Source: Lepidodermella squamata
Lineage: Eukaryota > Animalia > Gastrotricha
DNA: 64,000 nt
NCBI GenBank assembly: GCA_047495785.1
Contig: JBLDXI010000001.1
Span: 3,534,001 to 3,598,000 of the forward strand
Direction: 5' to 3'
A program made the translations under genes and the position numbers. The notes beneath the pieces are model-generated. The model ran no database searches. It saw nothing but the letters and a program-made list of their open reading frames with translations, and had not been told where the DNA came from. Positions 13,801 through 28,952 of the stretch are shown in pieces; positions within the stretch are counted from its first letter, which is position 1; the number at the start of each line of letters is the position of its first letter.

Positions 13801-16800
13801 TCGACGCTAAAATCGCCTGCCGAATGTGTTTAGCCGCGAATTTCGGCGGGGTATCTGGCTCATCGATCACGGTTATAACGACCTGGGTCGTCGATGAAAG
13901 GCCACCGCCGTCACTCGCGACAACCGGAATGACGAAACCAGCCGGGTTTGCCTCGAAATCGAACGGCTCCAAGGTTGAAATGAGGCCGGAATTAGGGTGG
14001 ATTGCGAAAATCGACCCTAATCTATCGTCATCGATTGAATACGTGATTTTACCGAAAATCCCTGAATCCGGGTCTGAAGCTGAAATCGGGATGTTCAACG
14101 TCATCGGCGGGCTGTTTTCGCGAATTGAAGCCGTGTATTTCGGCTGGGTGAAAACAGGCGGTTGCGTGTTGATCGGCACAACATTCACATGCAACTGAGC
14201 CGTATCGACATAGACACCGTCCGTAACAGTTGCGTTGAAGATGATAATGTTCGACTGATCGACGGACAAATGCATCGGAGCTTGATCGCCTCGAATTCTG
14301 ACGATGCCTTCCGGCGAAATTGTCAATAGACCAGCTATCGACGGCGGGGAGGCTATCGTGAAGTGCAGCCCGGACGGATTTGTCGAGACTGAATCGAGAT
14401 CGTAGGCGGTTAAAGCTGCGACAAAGCGATTTGGTTCGATAAGTGACTGCAATGTCGCGTTGAAAATTCGTTCGGAAAATCGAGGCGGGTTGTCGTTTCG
14501 GTCTAGGACGGAAATTCTGACTTCGGCAATCGCGGATAGGGATGGCTGGCCTGCGTCTGTGGCAACTACGATCAGCGCGTGTTCGGTCAGTTTTTCGAAG
14601 TCGAGCTTCGAGCCGAGGTACAACTGGCCGGTTGATGAGTCAATTTTGAAGGTGGACGCCGACCCGGCTACGGCCGATGAGCCGATTTCGTCCGCCAATG
14701 AGTAGAAAACTCGCTGTTTGCCGTCTTCGTCCTTATCAGTAGCGCGAACTGTGAGTAGCGAAGTTCCAATAGGAGCCGATTCTGGGACGGAAACCTGGTA
14801 GACCGTGCTCGTCCAATCTGGATGATTATCGTTCACGTCCTGTGAATTTTAAAATAAATTTAATTTTTCAATTTTTTCACTCCGAAAATTTAAAATTTCA
14901 AAATTTTAAATCAAATTCTAAATTTTTTACTTACCGTGACTGAAATCGCGAGTAGAACACTTGAAGATGTTCCATTAATCGGGTCCCAAGCAACAACAAC
15001 AAGTTCATAGCTGTTGCGAGTTTCGTAGTCAAGCGGAGCTTTCACAATGACACTGCCTGTTGACGTGACGGAAAAAAAAAGCGAGTGAATATACGTTTTC
15101 AAATTATTGAAATCAGAAACGCCATGCAGTTTTAGTTATATCGTCAAAAATGTCGGAAAATTGAAAAGTGGTTATTTCCACTGAAAATGTCATGCACAAA
15201 ATCTTGATCATATCCATTCTTGTTTCAGGCGTCAAATCTCACTCAATTTTTTCGTATGAAAAAAAATAAAACCAAGCGCGTATCTAAACTTACAAAAGCT
15301 CGAATCTTTTCGAGGCAATAAATGAACAAATAATACACATTAATTTCGTCCATAAGCGACTACAAATTTAATCGTGGTTACAAGGGGTGACTACGATATT
15401 TGCAGCCCAGGGTGATCGAAAATTGCTGTCATTTGCTGAAAAACTCTCAAAAATTATCGTTTTTCATACCTAGGTCGAAGTCGATATCGAAATTGTCGAC
15501 ATTTTGAGGTGGTTTCATGGTGTAAACCACACGATTGCCGAGTGGGCTCGACGCAATCAGCCGGATAATTTCCGTCCCGGGTTTCGCATCCTCCCGAACG
15601 GTGGCCGAATAGCGTTGTTTCAGGAAAGTTGGCGCAGCAGATGCAACAACTCGAATAAAAATTTCCGACGTCGAAAACAATTGCGGAACACCTAAAATAC
15701 AAAAAATGATGAAAATTCATAAAATTAAAAAATCCATCTTAAAAAATTGAATTTTCACATTTTTCACGAAAATTTCAAAAAATAAATGAAAATTATCAAC
15801 ATTTGAAATTTCATTGAATTTTCTCAAATAAAAATTGTGACATCTTTTCAAAAAAATTAAGAAAGATTTCCTTACCGCGATCCACGGCTCGAATGGCGAT
15901 TCTGAACGATGAATCAGCTTTACCAGCCAAACTCTGTTGCAGCGTTACAATGCCCGTATTCGCGTCCATTTTGAACAGTTGAGCATGCGGCTGTTGCTTT
16001 TCGATAATGTACGAAACTTGCCCATTCTCGCCCAAATCCGCATCAACCGCTCGAACGTACAGCCCCGTCAACTGCGAACCAGGCACCGTGGTTTCGGGTA
16101 CAACCGCAATGTACGGCTCGCCGAGCCAACGCGGCGCGTTATCATTCGCATCTTCAACCGAAATTCTGACCAGAGTAAACGCGCGTAATGTCGCGAAATC
16201 GCCGCTGAAATTCGCAACTTCGGCGATTACGAGCAGCGATACGGTTGATTGAGCAGACGGCGGTAGGGCCTCGCGGTCGATTGGCACCCCGGTTGTCCTC
16301 AAAACACCTGTAGCTGCGTCGAGGTTGAAAAACGGGAACTCATTCGCCATTCGAAATGTGATGACTGACATCAACTCAGGCGCGAGATTTGTTCGCGATA
16401 GCTCGACGACGCTTATCGTTTGAACATCACTTCGATTCTCCATCATTGAAGCCGAGTAGGTTGATTCGACAAATTCGAGGAGGAAAGTCTCGTCTGAGTC
16501 GATGACACTACTAAGGACGATCTGACTTTGATCGGTGTAGAGGCCATCTCGAACTTCGATGTTGACAACGTAGAGCGGGTGGTGTTCAGGCACTTTAACC
16601 AGCGAAATCACGCCGGTTTTCGAATCAAGGCTCAGAACCCCGAACGTGTCGTTAACTAGGACAAACGATAAATTCGGGTCAGAATCAGCGTCACTCGCCG
16701 ATAACTGGCCCAGCTTAGCCCCGCTCGCCGTCATATTCGGGTGGAAATCGTAGAAAAACAAATCCGAAGCAAATTTCGGCGGCGAATCGTTGACATCTCG

Positions 16801-19800
16801 CAGGGTGACTGAAACCGGCACAGGCGTTGAAACCCAATACGGCGCCGATTGGTCCGTTGCGATTACGTGAAAATCAAACGAATGCTCATCGGATTCGTAA
16901 TCGAAAACCCGTCTAGCTGTTAGCAGACCGGATAACGGGTCGAGATTGAACCGGTCACGGGCCCAATCTTCCACGATGGAGAAGACAACGCGAGACCCGG
17001 CATCTTTGTCCTCGGCTAGAATTATCAACGGCATTGGGTCGATTTTCTGCCCAGCCATCAGGACAACACTACCCGGCGATAGATTTTCCGCCAACCAGCC
17101 GCTGATTACCGGCTTTTCAGTCAAAATCACCGGAATATTGTCGTTTTCATCGACGACAAAAACCGAGACGTCAACCAAAGTTTGGCCGCAATTCGTTTTC
17201 ATCGCCACAGTGAAGTTGTATACGGATTGCTGTTCGAAATCAAGTGATCGCGTTAGTAGAATCAATCCGGAAAATGGGACGACATTAAAAGGTAGTGCAG
17301 TCGCATTCATCGGGTCGATGATGCGAAAAAATGCTGACCCGCAGTGTTTCGGAACGTGAAGACCACGCCGGCCTGATTTCAGCATCGAAAAAATGACACT
17401 GCCCGGTTTTGCCGATTCTAAAACGTGGGTCGAAATCACAATTTTCTCGCTGTCATGACGCTGAAATTCGGTTTCATCCGTGATTTTGACGGAAATCGAC
17501 GAATTCAGGGGCATTTCGCCGTTATCAGTCGCTACAACTGTGAATGCGAGGCTTTTCGGCCGATTCCCAAAAATCGATAAAACCCCGGTTTCTTGGTCGA
17601 TATGAACCGGAAAATGATGGTTATTTGTCAAAATTTTATACGTAACTGCGCCATTTCTACCAACATCAGGATCGACAGCTCGTAAATTGCCGATAACGAC
17701 TGGTTTCGTCGTAAAATCGCCGGTTGGCAGGGTGAAATGCGCGAATTTCAGCCCGAAATTCGGCGGTTCGTTGACATCGGCGACTCGAACAGTCACGTGG
17801 CTCAAAGCCGTGCAGCCAGAATTAGCCAGGAAGTTATCAGCCGTTATTGAAATAACGTCACAGCTCGTCGCAGCGATAACCAACCGGCAATGTTGACCGA
17901 AATTCTGCTCGAAATCAAGTTTGGCCAGCGCGAAAATATCGCCAGTTGTCGCGTTGAATTTCAGAACGTTACACAACTGTTTGAAGCCGTAGTAGGCGAT
18001 AACCGAGTATTTTAGGGATAAATCGCCCTTGGCTACTAGATTTCCGATCGGCTGACTGATATCATGAGTCTCCGGAACCGTGAAGGTCAAATTAGCGGGT
18101 AGAATCGGTCGTTTATTCGCAGCGATGAATTTCGTGAAATTAACGGTAATTTTCGCAATGTCCCAATTTTTCAGATCTCCAGTCGCAGTTGCGTTGAAAT
18201 GATAAACCGGACTCAATTTTGCGTAGTTCAACAGGCCCTGGATGTCTTGGGTCATGTATAGAACGCCGGTTTTCGGGTGCAGCCAAAACGGGGCTGAATC
18301 TTCGGTTGGAACCAGGGAGAAAATCGCATTATCTCCATTAATTTCGAGCTGCCCGATTTTCAGAGGGGTCGGATGGCTTTTCGTGACTTCAAACTCGTAG
18401 TTGGATTTCGAAAACCTCACCTCAGACGGTTCTCGGAAATTTACGACTAGAGAGAACGTCCGGGTTGATTTATCCGTCTCATCCAAGGCTTTTATCAACA
18501 AATTTCCACTGGTTGACAGGAAATCGGTTGAAATCAACGAAATTTCTCCAGTTTTCGCATCGATTTTAAACGCGTTGGATAGATTCGATTCAAGTAACTC
18601 GTAACTAACTTTCGACGCCTCGTCAGAATCGACAATTTTCCATGCGAAAATAGATTGATTTTCAAGTTTTTCCACCGCAGAACCGTTTTCGAACTTGATC
18701 GGTAGCGCGATTTCACTCGATTCACCGTCGATGAAGTTGAACGGTGAGTCGGCCAAATCGCTGATAACCAGGCGGAAGTAGACGGTAGTCGCTCTTGGAT
18801 TCGTATCGCTGTCACTTATCGAAATCGCAACATTGTACGCATCTTTCGCCTCGCGGTCGAAGACAGTTCTCGATTTCAGCGTCAATTCACCCGAATTTTC
18901 GCCAATCGTAAACAGCGAAGTGTCGCCGCCGCTTAGGAACGAAAATCTCAGCTGATTCGCCGGAGTTTCCGCGTCAGTTGCTTCGATAGTGGCTAGCAAC
19001 CTGCCGGCCTCGTAGGTCCCTTCGACCAGTTCGGCGTAGTAGACGATTTGGGTGGGTACAGGCGAGTTGTCATTCACGTCTGTGATCTGAACGCTGACGT
19101 AGATGAATTGCGAATCGTCGATTGAAGGATATTGGCCCGTGTAAGCAGCTACGGTAAGCCAATAGACGCTTTCAACCTCGAAATCGAGCGGGCGAGTGAG
19201 ATACAAGGTGCCTGAAAAATACAAAAAAAATGATTTAAATAATTTCTCGATAAACCAATTGTTCGAAAAATTATTTCCAAATATTCAACAAAAAATTTTG
19301 ATTTTAAATTTAGATTCAAAATTAAATTAACGAACGATTATTTTTTATTTTATTCATGGTTAAAAATTTAAAATTCATTAATATTTCGAAAATTATAAAA
19401 AAATTACCATCTTGGTTGAGCAAGAAAGTGTTGCCCCGGGGCGAAATAAGGTCGAATTTGATGGGAAATTCGCTATCCTCCTCACTTCCATGGCCATTCA
19501 TGCGAAGAAATTTCGCCAATTCAACCAAAACCTTGCCAACGGGCGTGTCCTCCTCAATGCGCAAATCGACAACATGACTCGCTAGGTAGTCTTCGAAAGT
19601 CGAAAACGGCAGCGTAGTGGCAACGCGAGCGTCCGGCGCCTGGCCAACTCGAATCAACAGCTGCGATTGAACAGGGTGCGACAAATGCCCAGCGCCACCG
19701 TCATTCGCAGATATCGTCAAATTGTACACAAAATCGCCCTCGTGGCCTAGCGGGATCGAAACAGGCTGCGTCAAATAGATCACCCCACTCTCGCTACCGA

Positions 19801-22800
19801 TTGAAAACGGCAGAAAAGCCGGATCTGGCGATTTAATATGATAGTAAACCTTGGCGTTATTGCCCAAATCGTCATCAGTCGCTAGGACTGAGCCGATGAA
19901 GACCGGCGCGGGTAGTTTCGAATTCGCGTCAGTTTGAACGCCCGGGTGAGTTGCTACGTCAAACGGCAGGTAAATCGTGTACAAATCCTGCGAAAATTTC
20001 GGCGAATTATCGTTGATATCAGTCACAGTGATCAACAAATCTGCGAATGATAGATAGCTGCCATCACTCGCAACCACCCGAAGTCGATATGATGCGACCT
20101 TCTCGCGATCTAGGGGCTGATTCAGGGTGACTACACCGTCGAGAGGGTCGATTGTGAAGTAGCTATCCAGCGAATTTTCGCCAAGTAACGAATAACGAAC
20201 TTGTGCGTTTTCCGCATCTCGGTCCGAATCTTCAGCCCGGACGACTAGCAAGCGGGTGCCGACTGGCGACGCCTCGGAAACCTCGACGGAATAGCTAGAT
20301 TCGCGAAAAATCGGCCGAACATCGTTGACGTCATCAACCTTCAAATCAATGGTTAATTTCGTTTTCCGCTGAATTTCGCCCAGGTCTGACGCGATGATTT
20401 GCAGCGTGAATGAGTCGCGAGTTTCGGCATCCAAAGGCCGGGCTAGCACCAACTCGCCGGTGAACGTTGACATGTTGAAGTAGAACCCGTCGTTGCCCTC
20501 GGCGATTTGATACGTCACTAGGCCATTGAACCCAACGTCGTTATCAACCGCCTTCAGGATTAGTACCACCGACCCAACTTCCGCATCTTCGAAAATTTCA
20601 ACAGCGACCGAGGGTGGTTGGACGAAGACGGGCGAGTGGAGATTCTCACCGCGGCCTAAGAATGAACTCGACAAAGTTTCATTCATCTGCTCTTCCGCGG
20701 CTAATTTCGACGAGGCGAAGATCGTCCGGGTTAGCAGGGGCCGCTTCGAATTTGCCTGGCAGCGAATGTCGACTAGCGTCCTAGCGTTAGGGACGATGGT
20801 TAAGTTCAGTAAAGCCGGCTCTTCCGCCCTGTTCAGGCCGTCAGTAGCCGTGAAATAAACCACGGCATTGCGCCACGGTACCTTCGACAAATCGCAGGCT
20901 AGCTTAACGATTCCAGTCGCTGAATCAACGACGAAGCACGACGAAGGGGCGGGGCTTAGCTGCTGCTTGCCGGAATGGGTCGCTAGGAAATTGACCTTTT
21001 GCCCCGTCGACTCAGACCCGTCCGATTCGTCGAGATCGGTCGCGTTGAGCTTCAGCAGCGTCGCGCCCTGGCTCAGCCGCATCGAAACCTGGCCAACACA
21101 TCGATTTTCGTGGAAAACCGGCGCGTTGTCATTCGAGTTTTCAATCGAAATTCTCAAATTAAACGACGCAAATCTACGGAATGGCTGGCCCCAGTCTGAG
21201 GCTGACACCGTTAGCTGGTACACTCGGGAGCCTAGGTCGAAGTCCAACTCTCGCGATGTGAAAATTGTCCCGGTGAATGGTGAAATTTTGAATGGCAAAT
21301 CGGCGTTTTGCGACGATAACGAGTAGACAATTCGCGAATTTGCACTGCTAACATCTGCGTCTGAAGCTGTAACTTGAAAAACTGCGGTTATCAGCGGCAC
21401 ATCTTCCGATACAGATATCGAAATTGTCGATATTGGATCGAGGGGTGATGAAAAAATCGGCGCGTTATCGTTAAAGTCGTAAATTTCGATTTCGACCACG
21501 ATCCAGCCTAAATTTGTTCGGCCGAGGTAGGACGTGTGGAAAATGGAGATGTTCATCGATTGCTGGGTTGTTCTTTCAGCATCTAGGGTCGAATTAACGA
21601 TGATAGCCCCCGTAGCCGGATCGACCCAAAACCAGCCGAGTTCGTTGCCGGAATTGATGACGAAATTCATTGAGCCGGTTGAGAAGTTGGCATATCGAGA
21701 CAGAATTCCGACAATTGTTCGAGGTGGAGCGACTTCGGAAATGCCGAGGCGAATTCGCCGGCTGTCGGGTATGGAATTTGAGTAGTTGAACAGCCTCAGT
21801 TGGATGGATTTGTGCGATTCTTTGGCCTCGGGCCGGTCATTGTCGCTGGCGATGAGAGTGACGTTGAATATTGGAGAGATCCTTGTCGCAAAGTCGCCTA
21901 AAATTAAGGAAAATTATTAAAATCTGGGACAAATAAATTACACAAAAACCATCTTAAATTATTTGAATTCAATTCAATTAAAATCGAAAAAATCAAAGAA
22001 TAATTTTCTAAAACTGCGAACAAAATGAAGAAAAATTCAAATAAATTAGGAAAAATTGAATAAATTTCTCCTGAAAAATTATAATATTTTCTAATTAATC
22101 CTGAAATTAGGGCAATTTTTCTGTGATTTCAACCTCGGAAGTTTTTTCAAAATTCTGACAATTAATTTTATTATTAAATTATGGGAATTATTATCACTGA
22201 AAATATTTCGAAATTTTACCTTTTGGAAGAGGATGTGCGAAAAGCGTATAAAAACCGTGGCGACTTTGTTCGAGGTGGAAGATGCCAAAATCATCAGCGA
22301 GGCGCAAGCTCAACGGGCCCTCGGGCGTATCGATATCCGAAATCGCAACATGCCCGAGCCTAACGGGCGCCGAATAGCCGAATTCCGGCCAAGAAATCGG
22401 CATGGGAACCGGCGAGAAGCTGACATTAGGCGGCGCTGAGTTGTCATGGCGAACGATGACGTTGATCGTCGCTCGGTTAACAGCCGGCCAGTACGGCGCA
22501 GCTCGATCCCGCGCCACCACCGGCAGCGAGTAGCGTTGAATTTCCGTCACAGGCCGGCTGAGCATCAACTCGCCGTTGTAAGGATTCAACGCGAATAAAT
22601 GGTCCATGTCAGACTGGAGGAAAAACGCGAGATCCCCGCCCGCGCCCGTATCAGCATCCGACGCCTTGAGCACCGCATTTTCAATCGGCGTCAGTAAATG
22701 CTGCCTATCCGAAATCACAGCGACGTAATTGTTAACACGAAACGCTGGTTGGTTGTCATTTTCGTCGAGTACATCTACCCGAACTCGGGTTGTTAACGCA

Positions 22801-23282
22801 TCCCGGCATGAGATATTGAACGCGAACTGCCGCCGAGCTTCATAGTTGAGATCTCCAGTTTTAATCACGAATAGCAACAGGCGATTTGAGATGCAGTATG
22901 ACCGAACGGCGAATAGCGATTTGATGTCTTGATCCTGCGAAACAACTCGGCACAAATCAGCCGTGTCGAAGCGTCTCCGGCAATGCGATTCGCTCGAGTT
23001 GTTGCCGAGCGAAATCGCAAGTGGCTGCCATTGGCTGGGCGTCAACACCGAGCCGCTTCTCGCGCCCTCCCACACCGTGTAATTGTAAATTCGGTCGCTC
23101 GATTCGACGAATCGCCAGTTATTGGTAATATCATTGTTGTTGTCAGCATAGCAGTGCGGAATGAGTGACGTAAAAATCAGCAGTGAGGTTAAAATTGTTG
23201 TTGTTAATAGGTCGACGATTTTCGCGCGTTTTCGAACGCTCGCGAAAATTCGGTAAGTTATTGCTGCGCAGTTTGAAACCAT
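4819..23282 (-). CDS. Fat-like atypical protocadherin (FAT1/2/3, kugelei class), ~4,956 aa. Exons 23282-22220, 21897-19408, 19211-15876, 15691-15470, 15056-14935, 14839-8911, 7246-6254, 6119-6054, 5468-4819
   Basis: Hydrophobic signal sequence, about 30 or more cadherin repeats (LDxE/LDRE, AxDxD, DxNDNxP), EGF-like domains, one laminin-G domain, further EGFs, a TM helix (IIAGAVGVMVALAISVIVAACCC) and the cytoplasmic motif GYAWDTTDWAP matching FAT1 GYHWDTSDWMP. All eight introns are GT-AG, phases are consistent and exons sum to 14,871 nt (divisible by 3). Confidence 0.93.
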
Positions 23283-26200
23283 ATCGCATGGCTGGTGTTA
23301 AGCCACAGATGTAAAATTGCTCGGTATTACGGATTTTATCCGTAAAATTTCCATAAAAAAATCACCAACAATTATAAATTAAAATCTATAGAAAAAAACA
23401 TTAAAAATTCCACCTTAAAAATATTCATACAACAAAGAAATTAGTTCACATTCCTTTTGTTTCCTAAAACAATGGTCAGTGGCACTTGAGAAGAAGAATA
23501 AACACTTGATGATGCATTTTTCGGGGTAAAAAAGCGCTGAGCAAATAAAATTGGACAGTAGTGGGGACGAAGTTTGATAATATCATGGTTTATCAATCTA
23601 GGGTACCTATATGGAAAAAACCACCAGCCATAAAGGCGCATTTTTCGGCACTAAAAACTGCCCATCTGGAAAATGCATAATAATGCACCTCGCTATCGAA
23701 CACCTTCGCATTAACGCGTGGGTCTCCGCAAGCTTTTTACGACTAGATAATATGTAAATCAGGCTTGATATATAGCTGAAAACAGAAATAATGGTATAAT
23801 ATATTGACAACGATTCAAACGATAGTAATTGTATTAGGTTCATGTAGTGAATCTCTCCTAATGAAATAAGGAACAAATGCTAGATGATGAGTCAAGCTGC
23901 ACATTGAAGAAGTGTATTAACGTATTAGCCACAGCAACAGCAACAGATTGTCGATGGGCTACTAGCGCAGAAGATTCGTTGCGCAACGCCCCGGCAGCGC
24001 CAGATCGCAATTAGGCCTTACGGTCAATAAGAAGAATAAGACGAAGCGAACGAACGTTATTAATAACGAACATTCTATACGATAAATTATTGCTAAAGAA
24101 CGGGTGCCGATGATCCTCTCCTGCGGCCTTTATTACGCGGCCGCGTGCCACTAGACACGAGAGGGCCCAATAATTCTTCCCTCTAATTTCGCACCAGGCT
24201 GATCAAGCGCGCAAGTAATAAAAATTACCCCGCAAAACAGGTGCCGTTCAAAAAAGTTGACTTGAGTTCCGCGTAATAAGTAATAATTTTTCGGACAGAT
24301 TTTTTGTTTATTGTTTGCGCACAAATAACACTTAAAAAATAATAATAATAACACTCTCATTATAGCAGACCGCCCTGATATTTATATATACGTGTAATAA
24401 GAAGAGGTCACGCAGAATGTATTCTCTCGGCGACGTCAGCGACAATAAAATAGCAACCTCTGAGGCGTAAATAATGCGCCAATTATTGCTACTATTTATA
24501 TGAAAAACAATCATGTCGCGCACAACAGCGAAAGTCATTCCTCGACGACGAAAAAATAAGGAGTCGCGCATTTAAACCTGTATAATTATCGACTTGGAAA
24601 AATACAATAATATAACAAACAATCGGCGTCGCAAGCCTTTTGATTCACCGCCGCCGCTAATTAGAAAAACGTCACCTTAATTATTTTAACAAATGGCGAT
24701 TACCTATATTTTGTGAATGGAAACTTTAAAAGAAGAAAGAATAAAGAATTAAAGAAGAATTTGTCTAAAATTGAAATTCAGCTCGATATTGGAAAAAGAG
24801 CATTATTATAGCGCGGATAAATGTTTCGAAATAGCTCGGCTGATGAGAGTGTAAAAATAACAAAAACGGGACGCGCCACACGTGCCGCACACCTTTTGTT
24901 GTTGTGGTTATTCGTGTATCGAGAAGGCATAAAATATTCAGCCGCGTGCGTGGCTGGCACAGGTGACAATGTCGGATGACAGGCAGGCGGGTGATCGGCC
25001 TATCCTCGAGCACGATTTCATCTCAAGAGACGGAGAAGGTGCATGGCAATGGACATTAAATTGGCAGCAAGCAAGAAAATGGCAGCAGGCGGGCGCGCGT
25101 CTTTGACCCGACAAGTGCGCGCGACGCAACAACTGCTACTGCGCAAACACGCAAGAGGAGAAGAACGAGTAAATTGGGCCAATAAATGGCGAGGAATAAA
25201 TGGCGATGAACCCAGGTAGTCCTAAGACATGTTAATATTGAATTCGATACTACTGAGTGTTGACCACCTGGCCAGTGGTTACAAATTAACGATAGAATAA
25301 CAGGCACACAAGACTGACCTAGACTGAGATTTCCGGCACTAGGTCCAATAAATTAATCGGCGCTTTTGCCGTGGACTAGATGAGTGTGACGAAAATTTTA
25401 TTATTTTGATTACACGGCGCCTATCGAAGTAACCGCGCGCGCGATTTTCAAGGTACAAATAAACAAACAAATAATAAAGTAAGGACAGACGTCTATTACC
25501 AAGTCGTCGCTGCTGCTGTGGCTTAAATAACAAATCAGCGCTAAAACCTACACCTGATGATAGTCAAAGTCCGCCGATGAAACATCGATCGTCGCGGCTC
25601 GGCCAAGGTGCGATTGTTTTAAAAACACACACAACAAATAATCGGTAAATCTCTCATGGCCGCGAATTTAGTGTGCCGCGCCTACAAAATTATTTGTCCT
25701 CAAACTAAGGCGTCGCTTTACTATTCACGTGAGGAATCAATTTCAACTTGAAAATTCAGGAAAACCAACTAATGAAAGCCAAGTAAACACTTGATTAGCA
25801 GTAGCCGAGCCAGGTAAATTTAATGAATTTTCTTGCGCTGATTTTTAACTGTCTACACAAGTTTTTTTCTGAAAAGCCAAGCCAAATTCGGTCAAGAGAA
25901 AAATTGTTAAATGTGAGCACTGGAAGAGTTTTTGAACGCCTGGTAATTTAGATAATTAATTACCCGGTAGTGTAAACACGGCTCGAGAGAGATGGATGGC
26001 AAAGCTACTTTCATCAAGTGATAAGATGACAGGTTTATAGCGTCGCCTAGATGTTATAGAGATTATGATGATGATGAACAAGTGTTGACCAGCGGGGGCA
26101 ACAAGGTTCATAACGACGGTGGCGATAAATTACCCGTCATTAACGAAAAAAACAACCCAAGTTTCGCCCCGGGGCAACCGCAGATAAAAAAAATCAAAAG

Positions 26201-28493
26201 ATTTATGGGATAAAAAAATACCTAATAAATAAACAACAAAAATTATTGAGACAGGCAGCGTGCGTGTAATAAAAATTGCAATGATTGATATGTATCACAC
26301 TTGCCGTGTAACCAAATACTGCTATAATAGTGTCAAAATAATGTAATAATAATTTGCAACCAGTAAATAAATTCGTCAACAAAGTTTCACGACTTAAAAC
26401 AAACAAGGAAAGTGAGTAAAATTAAATTCTCGTCTAATTACCCGTTGATTATTAGATCAACGGCTCAGCTCTTATTCGTCTACTATATTATATATATATT
26501 ATAACAAGACAGAAGGAGACGGCGCGCGGGAGAGATAGAGAGAAGGACACGGCTCACTTGTCTACTCTGGTTACTTTTTTTCATTAGCAGCCGGCAAAAA
26601 TATTGATGTTATTGTTCAGAAAACAGCCAAAACATGCATTAGTGTTGACAAGAAAGGGAGCGGCAATGGTGTCGGGCCGAGCTAGTGAGAGTAGTAGTGG
26701 TTGAGCAAACAAAAAACGATGACATGCGCCTAGAAGAGAACATCGAAAACCCGAAAAACAACACGGCAGTCTCATCGAGATGAGAGGAGTGAGTGAGAAC
26801 CGGGTCTCTTCTGCTCTGATTATAATCCCAAGTATTTACCCCTACAATATTTCATGAACGACAGTCAGTGAAAAATAAACAAATAAACAAAAGTGAGAGT
26901 GATCGTACTAGAAAAATTGCGGATGCCGATTGTTCAGCTTTTGGCGTTCGATTTCCGCCGACGCGCTTTATATGATCGGTCGAAAATAACGAGAAGCGCG
27001 TAATTTCATTATAAAATTGGCATTATTAAATTTTAATCGGACAAAAATAAATGTCCTCTAAAAATTCAGCAACAAACAAGATAGTAAACAAAAATTCAGT
27101 TCGAATTAAAAAAGTCCTCCTAAATAAAACTCGGGTTTTTTCGCAAATTTTTCGTGTAACTGACTTTCAGTTGCGAGAGGCGATTTGTCTGGCGGGTGTT
27201 TGCCAGATTTAGATGTTGAGAGGATGACAAGGGCCGCGTGCTGAAAATCTGCGGCTGCCGAGAGAGCGCGGGAATTTGGCGCGCGCTTGCTAATCGTGGC
27301 AGCTGAATGCCGGGCGGCACGTTCTCGCTGCTTATCGTTGCGACGATGGCACCACTGACCTCAGTCGATAGCGCTAATCGGGCGCGGCTGGGCCGTTTTC
27401 GTGGATGGGATTACACAACGCACTTGGCTCAATTTGAAGCTCAACTACTAAGATGTATCGTTTCGTCGCCGACGTCGCCGTCGCCGAAAACGACTATGAC
27501 GACGAAGAAGCTGGCTAACTAACTAACTAGGCTAATAAAGTAGTGATACGTGAGTGCAAATAGCGGCATTTTAGAGCCGTCGAGACGGCACGGCGGAACA
27601 AATTCAAGGCGAGCAACAGACGCCACCGGTTAACGCGGAGAAGAAGATGGAGATGACAGCACGGTGGTAACATCCACCGCCACAATCTCATCTCATCACA
27701 CAGGTAAACCGATAGTCAACTCGCGATGACTCGTGTGGGGCAAGTTACGAGCGAACGCAAACACACCAAACAGAAGCACCAGCAGCAGCAGCAGCTAAAT
27801 AGCTCATCGGCAGCTATCATAAAGCCGTAATAAAAGTGGTCCGTGGTGTTTACTCGAACGCGCGTGGGTCTAGCCTTTTTCTCTCGCGATTTGGCCGCGC
27901 GCTTCTTTATTGTTTTGCCATTCTTATTACCCGGTAATTAAAAGACGAACGCGTGCGAAGCTCTCCTTTCCTCTTTTTTTTACGATCTTATAAAACTGAC
28001 ACTAATTCCTATTATTCGCGTAATGTGACACTGATACCTAGCGAAAAACAACTCAGGCATAGAAATAAAATTCACACAAAATCGGGCGGAGATGGATGGA
28101 ATACATGGCTGCTGACTGACTGACTACCTGTTGTAAGTATCATGCTGCCACTGGCGCTATTTACAGAGGCGTTATTGAAAACGAAAACATGGCCTAAACG
28201 CGCTTTCGGCGGTAAGTAAGAGTGCGCATAAAATCCGGTGTTGCCGAACCGCGCCGCCTTAATAATTATTACTACGCCGCATTATTTGTTGTTTGGGCAT
28301 CAGCATCGAAAATTGCTCGCCGCGTGTAAAGATTATGCATTTTAGCAACGCCCCGCCTGACTCGAGTGTAAGAGGCGTAACGGATATGCCGTGTAAATAA
28401 CACATATTAAACAATAAAATCGGCGGAAACGCAAACAACAAAAGAGGCTCCCCAGCACTCCGAAAATCGACGTGTCAGAGGTCTGAAAGTGAA

Positions 28494-28740
28494 ATGAGAC
28501 GTGGCAAGCGATTTCGGCCATCTAGATTGATTGATTAATTTAAAAATTTGCTGGCGTGCAATAATGCTACTAATTTTTCTCTAAAGAAAACTTTCCTCTA
28601 CCGAGCGCTCGCTACTTCGGGGTTTAGGCTTTTAAATATAATTAAAATTAAAATTAAAAATTGAAATTATACGTCAGCTTTTGCCTTTTCTAATGCCTGT
28701 TCAGATAGAGTTAGGCCCGAAATCGCTTGCCACGTCTCAT
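28494..28740. mobile_element. Short MITE-like element with ~24-bp terminal inverted repeats
   Basis: ATGAGACGTGGCAAGCGATTTCGG at 28494 and its reverse complement ending at 28740; AT-rich non-coding interior; no clear TSD. Confidence 0.6.
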
Positions 28741-28952
28741 ATATTCGTCGTAAACAAGAAATGCTTATTAAAAACATCGTATGGTTCAAGAATCTTTCTT
28801 CATTAAGTCAGCATACTTTTTCTAAAAAATGTAGAAAATCGTACTAAAATTTCCTAATGATCCTGAGTCATTGGCAGATTTAAAATAAAAAGATTCGGTA
28901 AAATAAATAACAGGTGAACCTTGAAATTATTGGATAAGTACATATTCATTAA

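Noticed and set aside
9207-23168. Many 60-170-aa plus-strand ORFs overlapping Fat exons
   Set aside because: Antisense shadows of a long GC-rich CDS with biased codon use; no domain similarity.
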